A stretch of DNA of 64,000 bases, from NCBI RefSeq assembly GCF_009914755.1, contig NC_060942.1; one strand, 5' to 3'. Numbering within the stretch: position 1 is the stretch's first letter; each line of letters starts with the position of its first letter. Made by a program: the position numbers and the translations under genes. A model generated the notes under the pieces. It was not told where the DNA came from, did no database searches, and saw only the letters and a list, made by a program, of their open reading frames with translations. Shown piece after piece: positions 43,377 to 56,527 of this stretch. Source of the DNA: the human T2T-CHM13v2.0 reference genome, Homo sapiens.

Positions 43377-44169
43377 GAAGTCTATTGTGTAATCTTAGCC
43401 TTTGTAGTAAAATCTGCTATAGAGCCCAGTATGAGGGATAAATTTTTAATCATTGTTTTATTTTTTGTAAACCATGGAGGAAGGGATGTAATAATGATGT
43501 CTATCTAGAAAGGTGAAGGCTTTCTGGCAATTTTTTTAATAAGAGGAGTGCACTAATGTTTCGTTTTTCACTATGAAGTAACAAAGGTATTATTAAAACC
43601 TTTAGTCAATATTGGACCTTTATTTTTTATCTATCAAGGCATAAGTTTGTCTATGAATAAGACTGGCTGTAAAATCTTTTATAAATAAAAGTATATTTCA
43701 CGGGTGCACATGAGTGTTCTTTAGTTTTGTTATTTATAGAGGCATAAGTAAGAAAAAAAATGAGAGGTTAGAGTCTCGTGATGGCAGAGAAGTCTTGATC
43801 TGTCATCTTGGGAAAGCTATGTGTAAGCTGCTGTCCATTGTTGGGGAGAAACTTCTTTGGTTAAGTTTACCTTAAGGGTTCTAACAGGTATACAGTTTTA
43901 AGCATCTGGAGGGGCCCTTCTGAGTTGTGAGATCATGAACCCAAGGTCTGAAGTCTCAAAGTTTTGCTGTAATGTGGGTGGTAAGGGCAGTTTTTCTTTG
44001 ATGTCATTTTTAGAAGACTCTATCTTTGGGTTCTGGATCGTGAAGGGTTTGATTATATTTAGTTGGTGGATTAAGAACAGCTTTCTTTAATCTGAAAATA
44101 TATTTTGGCATAACATGTTAAAGCCTTGCAGCGTTTAGTCGTATCAGAATTCAGGAGCGAAAGATATAT

Positions 44170-44650
44170 GATGTTCTATTATTAGGGGCATAGGCCTTTT
44201 AGTGACTATCTTATAAAGGGCCAATTTATTTGGAAGTGGATTTGATTGTCATCAATCTGTGATATCTTTGACTAAGGCAATTTAGTTGATTTAGCTCCTT
44301 TGGTCTACTATTTTTGTAGCTGTAATGTTATCTAACTGTTTTACAATTTGTCTAGTGAAATAAGCCTCTATCGTTGGAGGGTTTTTTTGGAATGTCTCAT
44401 GAGGGAAACATATTTTCTAATAATCTTATAGATATTGTCATATCATTAGCCTTTTTTTATGGGAAGGCTTCTATATAATTAGAAAACATGTATTGAAAAT
44501 GGCAATTGAATGAAATCTCTCTAAAAGTGTTTAAATCACCCATTAGGTAGCAGAAATGTATTATATCTGAAGTTTTGATTATCCTTCTGGGATTATGAGT
44601 TTCATAAACCAAACATTGGTCATAAACCATTTTAGTAATTTAGAACAGTT
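44170..44650 (-). pseudogene. pol: pol integrase remnant
   Basis: Minus strand gives MFSNYIEAFP (44461-44489; canonical FSGWxEAFP) and YDQCLVYETHNP (degenerate CxxC of the HHCC finger). Confidence 0.65.
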
Positions 44651-44659
44651 GTTTTACTA

Positions 44660-44697
44660 ATATATATATATTTATATATATATATATATATATATAT
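44660..44697. repeat. (TA)n microsatellite
   Basis: Interrupted TA run. Confidence 0.95.
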
Positions 44698-44904
44698 CAT
44701 TGGATTTTTTTTCATGATAAGTCACAGAGTGTAGAGCTTTTAATAATGGAAGTTTTAAGGACCAGATGGCCATCTTGACTTTCCATGAATCTATGCTTAA
44801 TATTGGAATTATATCTTTTAAAATATTAATTTTATTTTTTAAGTTTATGTGTATGGAACTATTCATTAAATGGATTATTACAGGCCATTTGACTTGGTCC
44901 ATGG

Positions 44905-47900
44905 AGTTTTTTCTTTAGTTTTTAAATTTTTTGTTATACTTTAAGTTCTAGGGTACATGTGCACAGCATGCAGGTTTGATGCATAGGTATACATGTGTCA
45001 TGTTGGTTTGCTGCACCCATCAACTCGTCATTTACATTAGGTATTTCTCCTAGTGCTATTCCTGCCCCAGCCCCCAACCCCTGACAGGCCCTGGTGTGTG
45101 ATGATCCCCACCCTGTTTCCAAGTAATCTCATTGTTGAGTTTCCACCTATGAGTGAGAACATGAGGTGTTTGGTTTTCTGTCCTTGTGATAGTTTGCTCA
45201 GAATGATGGTTACCAGCTTCATCTATGTCCCTGCAAAGGACATAAACTCATCCTTTTTTATGGCTGCATAGTATTCCATGGTGTATATGTGCCACGTTTT
45301 CTTAATCCAGTCTATCATTGATGGACATTTGGGTTGGTTCCAAGTCTTTGTTATTGTGAATAGTGCTGCAATAAATGTACACGTACATGTACATGTCTTT
45401 ATAGTAGCATGATTTATAATCCTTTAGGTATATACCCAGTAATGGGATGGCTGGGTCAAATGGTATTTCTAGTTCTAGATCCTTGAGGAATCGCCACACT
45501 GTCTTCCACAATGGTTGAACTAGTTTACACTCCCACCAACAGTGTAAAAGCATTCCTATTTCTCCACATCCTCTCCAGCATCTGTCATTTCCTGATTTTT
45601 AATGATTGCCATTCTAACTGGCATGAGATGATATCTCATTGTGGTTTTGATTTGCATTTCTCTGATGACCAGTGATGATGAGCATTTTTTCATGTGTCTT
45701 TTGGCTGCATAAATGTTTTCTTTTGAGAAGTGTCTGTTCATATCCTTCACCCAGTTTTTGATGGGGTTGTTTGTTTTCTTGTAAATTTGTTTGAGTTCTT
45801 TGTAGATTCTGGGTATTAACCCTTTGTCAGATGGGTAGATTGCAAAATTTTTCTCCCATTCTGTAGGTTGTCTGTTCATTCTGATGGTAGTTTCTTTTGC
45901 CATGCAGAAGCTCTTTAGTTTACTTAGATCCCATTTGTCTATTTTGGCTTTTGTTGCCATTGCTTTTGGTGTTTTCGTCATAAAGTCCTTGCCCATGCCT
46001 ATGTCCTGAATGGTATTGCCCAGGTTTTCTTCTAGAGTTTTTATGGTTTTAGGTCTAACATTTAAGTCTTTAATCCATCTTGAATTAATTTTTGTAAAAG
46101 GTGTAAGAAAGGGATCCAGTTTCAGCTTTCTACATGTGGCTAGCCAGTTTTAACGGCACCATTTATTAAATAGGGAATCCTTTCCCCATTTCTTGTTTTT
46201 GTCAGGTTTGTCAAAGATCAGATGGTTGTAGATGTGTGGTGTTATTTCTAAGCCTTGTATTCTGTTCCATTGGTCTATATCTCTGTTTTGGTACCAGTAC
46301 CATGCTGTTTTCGTTACTGTAGGCTTGTAGTGTAGTTTGAAGTCAGGTAGTGTGATGCCTCCATCTTTGTTCCTTTTGCTAAGTATTGTCTTGGCAACGT
46401 GGGCTATTTTTTGGCTCCATATGAACTTTAAAGCAGTTTTTTCCAATTCTGTGAAGAAAGTCATTGGAGGCTTGATGGGGATGGCATTGAATCTGTAAAT
46501 TACCTTGGGCAGTATGGCCATTTTCACGATATTGATTCTTCCTATCCATGAGCATGGAATGTTCTTCCATTTGTTTGTGTCCCCTTTTATTTTGATGAGC
46601 AGTGGTTTGTAGTTCTCCTTGAAGAGGTCCTTCACATCCCTTGTAAGTTGTATTCCTAGGTATTTTATTCTCTTTGTAGCAATTGTGAATGGGAGTTCAC
46701 TCATGATTTGGCTCTCTGTTTGTCTGTTATTGGTGTATAGAAATGTTTGTGATTTTTGTACATTGATTTTGTATCCTAAGACTTTGCTGAAGTTGCTTAT
46801 CAGCTTAAGGAGATTTTGGGCTGAGACGATGGGGTTTTCTAAATATACAGTCATGTCATCTGCAAACAGAAACAATCTGACTTCCTCTTTTCCTAAGTGA
46901 ATACCCTTTATTTCTTTCTCCTGCCTGATTGCCCTGGCCAGAACCCCCAACACTATGTTGAATACGAGTGGTGAGAGAGGGCATCCTTGTCTTGTGCCGG
47001 TTTTCAAAGGGAATGCTTCCAGTTTTTGCCTATTCAGTATGATACTAGCTGTGCATTTGTCAGAAATAGCTCTTATTATTTTGAGATACATTCCATCAAT
47101 ACCTAGTTTATTGAGAGTTTTTAGCATGAAGGATTGTTGAATTTTGTTGAAGGCCTTTTCTGCATGTATTGAGATAATCATGTGGTTTTTGTCGTTGGTT
47201 CTGTTTATGTGATGGATTACATTTATTGATCTGCTTATGTTGAACCAGCCTTGCATCCCAGAGATAAAGCCGACTTGATCGTGGTGGATAAGCTTTTTGA
47301 TGTGCTGCTGGATTCGGTTTGCCAGTATTTTATTGAGGATTTTTGCACTGACATTCATCAGAGATACTGGTCTAAAATTTTCTTTTTTTGTTGTGTCTCT
47401 ACCAGGCTTTGGTATCAGGATGATGCTGGCCTCATAAAATGAGTTAGGGGGGATTCTCGCTTTTTCTATTGATTGGAATAGTTTCAGAAGGAATGGTACC
47501 AGCTCCTCTTTGTACCTCTAATAGAATTTGGCTGTGAATCCGTCTGGTCCTGCACTTCTTTTGGTTGGTAGGCTATTAATTATTGCCTCAATTTCAGAGC
47601 CTGTAATTGGTCTAGTCAGAGATTCAACTTCTTCCTGGTTTAGTCTTGGGAGGATGTATGTTTCCTGAAATTTATCCATTTCTTCTAGATTTTCTAGTTT
47701 ATTTGCATAGAGGTGTTTATAATATTCTCTGATGGTAGTTTGTATTTCTGTGAGATTGGTGGTGATATCCCCTTTATCATGTTTTATTGCATCTATTTGA
47801 TTCTTCTCTCTTTTCTTCTTATTAGTCTTGCTAGCAGTCTTATCAATTTTGTTGATCTTTCAAAAAAAAACATCTCCTGGATTCATTGATTTTTTGAAGG

Positions 47901-49407
47901 TTTTTTTTTTGGTCTCTATCTCCTTCAGTTCTGCTCTAATCTTAGTTATTTCTTGCCTTCTGCTAGCTTTTGAATGTGTTTGTTCTTGCTTCTCTAGTTC
48001 TTTTATTTGTGATGTTAGAGTGTCGGTTTTAGATCTTTCCTGCTTTCTCTTGTAGACATTTAGTGCTATCAATTTCCCTCTGCACATTGCTTTAAATGTG
48101 TCCCAGAGATTCTTGTACATTGTGTCTTTTTTCTCATTGGTTTGAAAGAACATCGTTATTTCTGCCTTCATTTAGTTATTTACCCAGTAGTAATTTAGGA
48201 GCAGGTTGTTAAGTTTCCATGTAGTTGAGCGGTTTTGAATGAGTTTCTTAATCCTGAGTTCTAATTTGATTGCACTGTGGTCTGAGAGACAGTTTGCTGT
48301 GATTTCTGTTCTTTTACATTTGCTGAGGAGTGCTTTCCTTCCAATTATGTGATCAATTTTAGAATAAGTGCAACGTGGTGCTGAGAAGAATGCATATTCT
48401 GTTGATTTGTGGTGGAAAGTTCTGTAGACGTTTATTAGGTCTGCTTGGTGCAGAGCTGAGTTCAAGTCCTGGATATCCTTGTCAACCTTATGTCTTGTTA
48501 ATCTGTCTAATTAACAGTGGGGTATTAAAGTCTCCCATTATTATTGTGAGGGAGTTTTTGTCTCTTTGCAGGTCTCTAAGGACTTGCTTTATGAATCTGG
48601 GTGCTCCTGTATTGGGTGTATATATATTTAGGATAGTTAGCTCTTCTTGTTGAATTGATCCCTTTACCATTATGTAATGGCCTTCTTTGTCTCTCTTGAT
48701 CTTTTTTGGCTTAAAGTCTGTTTTATCAGAGACTAGGATTGCAATCCCTGATTTTTTTTGATTTCCATTTTCTTGGTAGATCTTCCTCCATCCCTTTATT
48801 TTGAGCCTATATGTGTCCCTGCACATGAGATGGGTTTCCTGAATACAGCACACTGATGGGTCTTGACTCTTTATCCAATTTGCCAGTCTGTGTCTTTTAA
48901 TTGGGGCATTTAGCCCATTTACATTTAAGGTTAGTATTGTTATGTGTGAATTTGATCCTGTCATTATGATGTTAGCTGGTTGTTTTGCCTGTTAATTGAT
49001 GCAGTTTCTTCCTAGCCTCAATGGTCTTTACAATTTGGCATGTTTTTGCAGTGGCTGATACTGGTTGTATCTGCCTGTTTAGTGCTTCCTTCAGGAGCTT
49101 GTGCAAGGCAAGCCTGGTGGTGACAAAATCTGTCAGCATTTGCTTGTCTGTAAAGGATTTTATTTCTGCTTTACTTATGAAGTTTATTTTGGCTGAATAT
49201 GAAATTTTGGGTTGAAAATTCTTTTCTTTAAGAATATTGACTATTGGCCCCCACTCTCTTCTGGCTTGTAGGGTTTCTGCAGAGAGATCCACTGTGAGTC
49301 TGATGTGCTTCCCTTTGTAGGTATCCTGACCTTTCTCTCTGGCTGTGCTTAACATTTTTTCCTTCATTTCAACCTTGGTGAATCTGACAATTATGTGTCT
49401 TGGAGTT
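44905..49407 (-). mobile_element. L1PA (about L1PA6/7), 5'-truncated within ORF1
   Basis: T-tail then ttatactttaagttctagggtacatgtgcac 3' end, whole ORF2 region, C-terminal ORF1. Confidence 0.95.
45150..48964 (-). pseudogene. Disrupted L1 ORF2 (endonuclease-reverse transcriptase)
   Basis: ORF track shows MTGSNSHITILTLNVNGLN (EN start), [10 protein letters not shown] and FADD (RT), HCWWECKL (C-terminal), split over at least 6 ORFs by stops and frameshifts. Confidence 0.95.
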
Positions 49408-52400
49408 CCTCTTTACTGATTTGGATGCCCTTTATTTCTTTCTCTTGTCTGATTGCTCTGGCTAGAACTTCCAGTATTATGTTGAAGAGGAGTGGTGAGG
49501 GTGGGCATCCTTGTCTTGTTCTAGTTCTCAAAGGAAATGCTTTCAACTTTTCCCCTTTCAGTGTTATGTTGGCTGTGGGTTTGTCATACGTGGCATTTAT
49601 TACATTAAGGTATGTCCCTTGTGTGTTAGTTCGTTTTCACACTGCTGATAATAGCATACCCAAGACTGGGAAGAAAAAGAGGTTTAATTGGACTTACAGT
49701 TCCACATGGCTGGGGAGGCCTCAGAATCATGGCAGGAGGTGAAAGGCAATTCTTGCATGGCAGTGGCAAGTGAAAAAAGAGGAAGAAGCAAAAGTGGGAT
49801 CCTCTGATAAACCCACCAGATTTTGTGAGACTTAATCACTATCATGAAATTAGCATGGGAAAGACTGGCCCCCATGATTCAATTTCCTCCCCCTGGGTCC
49901 CTCCTATAACACTTGGGAATTCTGGGAGATACAATTCAAGTTGAGATTTGAATGGGGACACAGCCAAACCATATCACCTTGTATGCCAATTTTGCCGAGA
50001 GTTTTAATCATAGAGGGATTCTGAGTTGTGTCAAATGCTTTCTCTGCATCTATAGGGATGATCATGTAGTTTTTGCTTTTAATTCTGTTTACATGGAGTA
50101 TCATATTTATTGACTTGTGTATGTTAAACCATCCCTGTGTCCCTGGTATGAAACCCACTTGATCATGGTGGATTATCTTTTTGATATGTTGTTGGATTCA
50201 GTTAGCTAGTATTTTCTTAAGGATATTACTGTCTATGTTCATCAAGGATATTGATCTGTAGTTTTCTTTTTTGGTTATATCCTTTCCTGGTTTTGGTACT
50301 AGAGTGATGCTGGCTTCATAGAATGAATTAGGGAGGGTTTGTTCTTTCTCTATTTTGTGGAATAGTGTCAAAAGGATTGGTACCAATTTTTCTTTGAATG
50401 TCTAGTAGAATTCTGCTGTGAATCCATCTGGTCCTGGGCTTTTTTTGTTGGTAATTTTTAAATTACCATTTCAATTGGTCTTTTTGGACATCTAATTATT
50501 CCTGTTTTAACCTAGGATGGTTGAATTTTTCCAGAAATTTTTCCCTCTCTTCTAGGTTTTTGAGTTTATGTGCATAAAGGTGTTCATAGTAGCCTTGAAT
50601 GACCTTTTGTATTTCAGTTGTGTCAGTTGTAATATCTCCTGTTTCTTTTCTTAGTGAGGACATTTGGATTTTCTCTCTTCTTTTCTTGGTTACTCTTGCT
50701 AATGGTCTATCAATTTTATTTATCTTTTCAAAGAACCAGCTTTTCATTTCATTTCTCTTTTGTATTTTTTTTGTTTCAATTTCATTTAGCTCTGCTTTGA
50801 TCTCGGTTATTTCCTTTCTTCTGCTGGGTTTGGGCTTGGTTTGCTCTTGTTTCTCTAGTTCTTTGAGGTGTGACCTTAGAGTGTCAGTTTGTGCTCTTTC
50901 AGTCTTTTTGATGTAGGCGTTTAGGGCCATGAACTTCCCTCTTAGCACCGCCTTGGCTGTATCCCCGAGTTTTGATAAGTTGTGTTATTATCGTCATTCG
51001 GTTTGAAGATTTTTTTATTTCCATCTTGATTTCCTTTTTGACCCATCACTCATTCAGAAGCAAGTTATTTAATTTCCATGTATTTGCATGGCTTTGAAAG
51101 TTCCTTTTGGAGTTGATTTCCAGTTTTATTCCACTGTGGTCTGACAGAGTGCTTGATATAATTTCAATTTTCTTAAATTTATTGAGGCTTGTTTTATGGC
51201 TTATCATATGGTCTATCTCAGAGAAATTTCCATGAGCCGTTGAATAGAATGTGTATTCTGCGGCTGTTGGATGAAATGTTCTGTATATATCTGTTAAGTC
51301 CATTTGTTCCAAGGCATAGTTTAAATGCATTGTTTCTTTGTTGACTTTCTGTCTTGATGACCTGCCTAGTGGTGTCAGTGAAGTACTGAAGTCCCGCACT
51401 ATTACTGTGTTGCTGTCATCTCATTTATTAGGTCTATAGTAATTGTTGTATAAATTTGGAAGCGCCAGTGTTAGGGGCATATATGTTTAGGATTGTGATG
51501 TTTTCCTGTTGGACAAGGCCTTTTACCATTATATAATGTCCTTCTTTGTCTCTTTTAACTGCTGTTGCTTTAAAGTTTGTTTTGTCTGATATAAGAATAG
51601 CTACCCCTGCTCACTTTTGGTGAGCATGAAATGCCCTTTTCCACCCATTTACTTAAAGTTTATGTGAGTCCTTATGTGTTAGGTGAGTCTTCTGAAGGTA
51701 GCAGATAGTTGGTTGGTGAGTTCTTATCCATTCTGTGGTTCTGTGTCTTTTAAGTGAGCATTTAGGCCATTTCCATTCAATATTAGTATTGAAATGTGAG
51801 GGATTGTTGCATTCACCTTCCTCTTTGTTGTCTGTATACTTAGGTTTTTTGTGTTTACTTTTTAATTTCTATTTTTGTTTTACAGGTCCTGTGTTATTTA
51901 TGCTTTAAAGAGATTCTGTTTTGATGTGTTTCCAGGATTTGTTTCAAGATTTAATGTTCCTTTTAGCAGTTCTTGTGGTGGTGGCTTGGTAATGGCAAAT
52001 TCTCTCAGCATTTGCTTGTCTGCAAATGACTGTATCTTTCCTTCATATATGATGCTTGGTTTCACTGGATACAAAATTCTTGGCTGATAATTGTTTTGTT
52101 TGAGGAGGCTGAAGATAGGGCCCCAAAGCCTTCTAGCTTTTAGGGTTTCTGCTGATAAATCTGCTGTTAATCTGACAGGTTTTCCTTTATAGGTTACCTG
52201 GTGCTTCTGTCTCACAGCTCTTAAGATTCTTTCCTTCGTCTTAACTTTGGATAACCTGATGACAATGTGCCTAGGCAAAGATCTTTTTGCGATGAATTTC
52301 CCAGGTGTTCTTTGTACTTCTCATATTTGCATGTCTAGGTTTCTAGCAAGGCTGGGGAAATTTTCTTCGATTATTCCTCCAAATATGTTTTACAAGCTTC

Positions 52401-54323
52401 TAGAATTCTCTTCTTCCTCGGAAACACCAATTATTCTTAGGTTTGGTCGTTTAACATAATCCCAGACTTCTTGGAGACATTTTTCATATTTTCTTATTAT
52501 TTTTTCCTTGTCTTTGTTGGATTGGATTAACTTGAAGACCTTGTCTTCGAGCTCTGAATTTCTTTCTTCTACTTGTTTAATTCTATTGCTGAGACTTTCC
52601 AGAGCATTTTGTATTTCTAAAAGTGTGTCCAAAGTTTCCTGAACTTTTTATTGTTTTTTCTTCAAACTATCCATTTCCACGAATATTTCTCCCTTCACTT
52701 CTTGTATCATTTTTTGGATTTCCTTGCATTGGGCTTTGCCTTTCTCTGGTCCCTCCCTGATTAGCTTAATAACTAACCTCCTGAATTCTTTTTCAGGTGA
52801 ATCAGGGATTTGTTCTTGGTTTGAATCCATTGCTGTCCAACTACTGTGATTTTTGTGGGGTGTTGAAGAGTCTTGTTTCGTCATATTACCAGGGTTGGTT
52901 TTCTGGTTCCTTCTCATTTGGGTAGGCTCTGTCAGAGGGAAGGTCTAGGGCTGAAGGCTGTTTTTCAGATCCTTTTGTCCCATGGGATGTTCCCTTGATG
53001 TAGTACTCTCCCCCTTTTCCTATAGATGTGGCTTCTTGTGAGCTGAATTGTAGTGATTATTGTCTCTCTTCTGGGTCTAGCCACTCAGTGAGTCTACCCA
53101 ACTCCAGGCTGGTACTGGGGGTTTTCTACAGAGTCCTCTGATGTGAGCTGTTTATGGGTCTTTGAGCCATGGATACCTGCGCCTGTTCCGGTGGAGGTGG
53201 CAGAGGGCGCAATGGACTCCGTGAAGGTCCTCAGCTTTGGTGGTTTAATGCTCTATTTTTGTGCCGGTTGGCCACCTGCCAGGAGGTTCCAATTTCCAGA
53301 AAGCATCAGCCATAGTAGTGTGGAGAGGGACCGGTGGTGGGCAGGGAAATAGAACTCTCAAGATTATATACCCTTTGTCTTCCGCTACCAGGGTAGATAG
53401 GGAAGGACCAGCAGGTGGGGTGGAGCTAGGCGTGCCTGAGCTCAGACTCTCCTTGAGTGGGTCTTGCTGTGGCTGCTGTGAGGGATGGGAGTGAGATTTC
53501 CAGGTCACTGGATTTGTGTACCTGGGAGGATTACGGCTACCTCCGCTGAGTCATGCAGGTTGTCAGGATAGTGGGGGAAAGCCGGCAGTCACAGGCCTCA
53601 CCCAGCTCCCATGCAAACTGAAGGGCTGGTCTCACTCCCACCGTGTCCCCCCACCAACAGCCCTGAGTCTGTTTCCAGGTGGAGGGCAGGACAGGCTTGA
53701 AAAGTTGCCTCAGGCTACCTGCTTCCCAGTTGCGGGGGAAAAAAAAGGACTTGGTTCTTCCTCTGCCTGTGGAGTCTGCACCCTGGACTTGCACCCTCCC
53801 CCGAGTTCTGGCCAGGAGGCTACTCGCCTTGTTCAAATTGTTACAAAGTTCAGCTAGAGATTTCCTTCTTCCTGTGGTGTTTTGCCCTGCTCCTCTGCCC
53901 ACCCTCCGGATGGATCCCTGTGGTGCCAGGCAGGAATGGGCTGTTGGGGACCCAGCGAACTCTCAGGGCCTTTCTGCTGCTTCTTCCTACCCCTGTATTT
54001 TGCTTGGCTCTCTAAATTGACTCAGCTCCAGGTGAAGTCGGAAACTTCTCCCACAAACAGACCTTCAGCTTCTCTAGTGGGGGGCGTGTGTTCAGGAGAG
54101 GAGGGTCTCCCTTTCCCACTTGTGCAGTTCAGGCACTCACAGTATTTGGGGTGTCTCCTGGGTCCTGCAGGAGCAGTTTGCTTCCTTCAGAGGTCCTGTG
54201 GGTCCTCTCGGGATTGCTGATTTGTTCTTGCAGTCGATCTGGAGTAAAAATTCACAATGTGAGTCTCTGCACGCTCCTCTGTCCGGAGCTGCAATCTAGT
54301 CCTGCCTCCAGTCAGCCATGATC
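49408..54323 (-). mobile_element. Older primate L1 (L1PA13-16/L1PB-like): 5'UTR, ORF1, first half of ORF2; 3' half missing
   Basis: 5' end ggagctgcaatctagtcctgcctcc...gccatg; ORF1 fragments (MRRNQKTNPGNMTKQ, WDYVKRPNLRIIGV, PRHIVIRLSK); ORF2 fragments end at 49408. Confidence 0.92.
49622..49976 (-). mobile_element. THE1 solo LTR (THE1B/C)
   Basis: tgtgttagttcgttttcacactgctgata...cagccaaaccatatca; perfect 5-bp TSD ccttg. Confidence 0.95.
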
Positions 54324-54530
54324 TTTTTTAAATTTTCCTACTTGAAAGAACTATTAAATAACTTCTAAATTAGACAAAATTACATTTTCAACGCTCATTT
54401 TTATGCCTTTATAATTTTTTTGCCAATAACACATAGTGCCTTTTAAATACACTCTGTATACAGTTTTTTATATCTAGTAGTTTTAATTATTCATATCAAC
54501 TATAATTTTAACTCTTAGTAACTCTAATTT

Positions 54531-54566
54531 CTACACTTGATGTTAGCCAAAAGGCCAAGAAGTGAT
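54531..54566 (-). pseudogene. RNU2: U2 snRNA 5'-fragment retropseudogene (tailless)
   Basis: Minus strand atcacttcttggccttttggctaacatcaagtgtag vs U2 5' end ATCGCTTCTCGGCCTTTTGGCTAAGATCAAGTGTAG (3 mismatches, 2 at CpG); TSD agtaactct(ct)aatttcta. Confidence 0.92.
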
Positions 54567-55515
54567 AGTAACTCTCTAATTTCTAATGAAAACCTAGGAA
54601 GTAAGTAATTTTGAACTGTTTTATGTTAGTATTTATATATTAAAAACCATTTCCTAATTTTTTAGAAGGATGTGTTTTCTTAATTTTTTTGTTTATTAAT
54701 AGATCTATATGTATTTGGCTTTTCTATACTATGTAAAAATAAGATGCTAAAGTATATAAACTTAAACTTATGTTAATAATTAATGTTTCAGTATTTTAAC
54801 TTAGAAATGACTCAGATATTTTATGATTATTTATTACTTAATTTAACATAATATGACTTAAATATTTTAAATTACCAGACAGAATTTTGAAACTGTGACA
54901 CAGGTACCCTCCCTAATGTCTTCCCCAGTTATCCCAGGTCCTGAGTACCCATGTGGCACCCAGGATGGCTATGAATGACAGAGCCCTTCTGGGTCCTGAA
55001 TTTATATATCAGGTATAGAACTTGAGAGAGGACAAACCTGTGAAGAGGATGTCTAGAAGGTTTGACTCTCTCAGTATGGCCAGGAGGCAAAGTTGGGCCA
55101 GGGAGAAAGGGGCCATATTGGGTTTGACTTTGTTTTGCAGCTGGTGGTCAAGGTGCCAAGGACATGTCTCCAGGCCTCATTATGGCCACCTGTCTAGAGC
55201 CTAGAATTTATAACCTCAAACTAAAGACAAGCTCACAGTAAGATGTGTGTAAGGCTTTGGGGAGTCTAGCAGCCAGTCTTTTTCTTTAGTGAACAAATTA
55301 AGCATTAACAATATTATAGAAGCAGCAATTTTATTGCCTTAAAATATGTAGAGGGGACAGTATAAATCTGTTTAACCCATAGAACCAGGCAAAAATATTT
55401 TTATTATATTTAACTGACAAATTTGAAGCCGTTTTTATTTTATTAGAATTTTAAACTTACTTAAAATTTTAAATTAGCTTTATTTACCAAGTATATATAA
55501 ATGTGATATAACTGT

Positions 55516-55518
<3 letters not shown>

Positions 55519-55550
<32 letters not shown>
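55519..55550. repeat. (AC)16 microsatellite
   Basis: Perfect AC run. Confidence 0.97.
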
Positions 55551-55552
<2 letters not shown>

Positions 55553-55635
55553 ATAAGATAAATACTTAGGCAGAATCAGATCTTATAGCTTTTATAGAGA
55601 ATTTTTATTTGTTGTCTTTTAAATAGTTTTTTTTC

Positions 55636-55953
55636 CTTTTTTTCTTTTTCTTTTCTTCTTTTTTTTTTTTTTTTGAGACAGAGTCTTGCTCCGTCACCCA
55701 GGCTGGAGTGCAGTGATGTGATTTTGGCTCACTGTAACCTCTGTCTCCTGGGTTCAAGTGATTCTCCTGCCTCAGCCTCCTAAGTAGCTGTGATTACAGG
55801 CGCCCACCACCACACCTGGCTAATTTTTGTATTTTTAGTAGAGGTGGGGTTTCACCATGTTGTCCAGGCTGGTCTTGAACGCCTGACTTCATGATCCGCC
55901 CTTCTTGGCCTCCCAAAGTGCTGGGATTACAGCCATGAGCCACCACACTGGCC
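55636..55953 (-). mobile_element. AluS inserted in the provirus
   Basis: Antisense dimer; TSD aatag-T-run-c. Confidence 0.96.
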
Positions 55954-56072
55954 AATAGTTTTTTTTTCTGTTTAGACTATACATCCTTATACATTTTATC
56001 ATCTTGAGTATTTGTTAGCAAGCAACCCTAAATTTGTATTTTTAAAGGAATGACTCTTAAGTGAAACAAAGT

Positions 56073-56527
56073 TGATGTGGTTTAGATGTTTGTTCCCTCT
56101 AAATCTCATGTTGAAGTGTGGTGATTTTTAATGTCGGAGGTGGGGCTTGGTGGGAGGTGATTGGATCCTGGGGGTCGAACCCTTATGAATGGTTTGGCAC
56201 CATCCCGTTGGTGATAAGTGAGTTCTTGCTTAGTTAGTTCACATGAGATTTGGTTGTTCAAAAAAAAAAAATCTGGGACTTCCCCTTCTCTCTTGCTCTC
56301 TCTCTCTCTCTCTCTCACTATGTGATATGCTGGCATCCCCCTTCACCTTCCTCCATGACTGTCAGCTTCCTGAAGCCCTCACCAGAAGCTGAGCAGATAG
56401 TGGTGCCATGCTTGTACATTCTGCAGAAGTGTGAACCAATTCAACTTTCTTTCTTTATAAATTATGCCTTTATAGGAATGAAAGCCTCAGATATTCCTTT
56501 ATAAGAATGTAAGAACAGCCAAATACA
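56073..56527 (+). mobile_element. MSTA/MSTB solo LTR inserted in the provirus
   Basis: tgatgtggtttagatgtttgttccctctaaatctcatgttgaa...gaagccctcaccagaagc...cagccaaataca. Confidence 0.88.

Noticed and set aside
46150-47358. 402-aa reverse-transcriptase ORF as an active or domesticated gene
   Set aside because: It is the longest surviving piece of a 5'-truncated L1 ORF2 broken by stops and frameshifts; the length is unremarkable for L1PA of this age.
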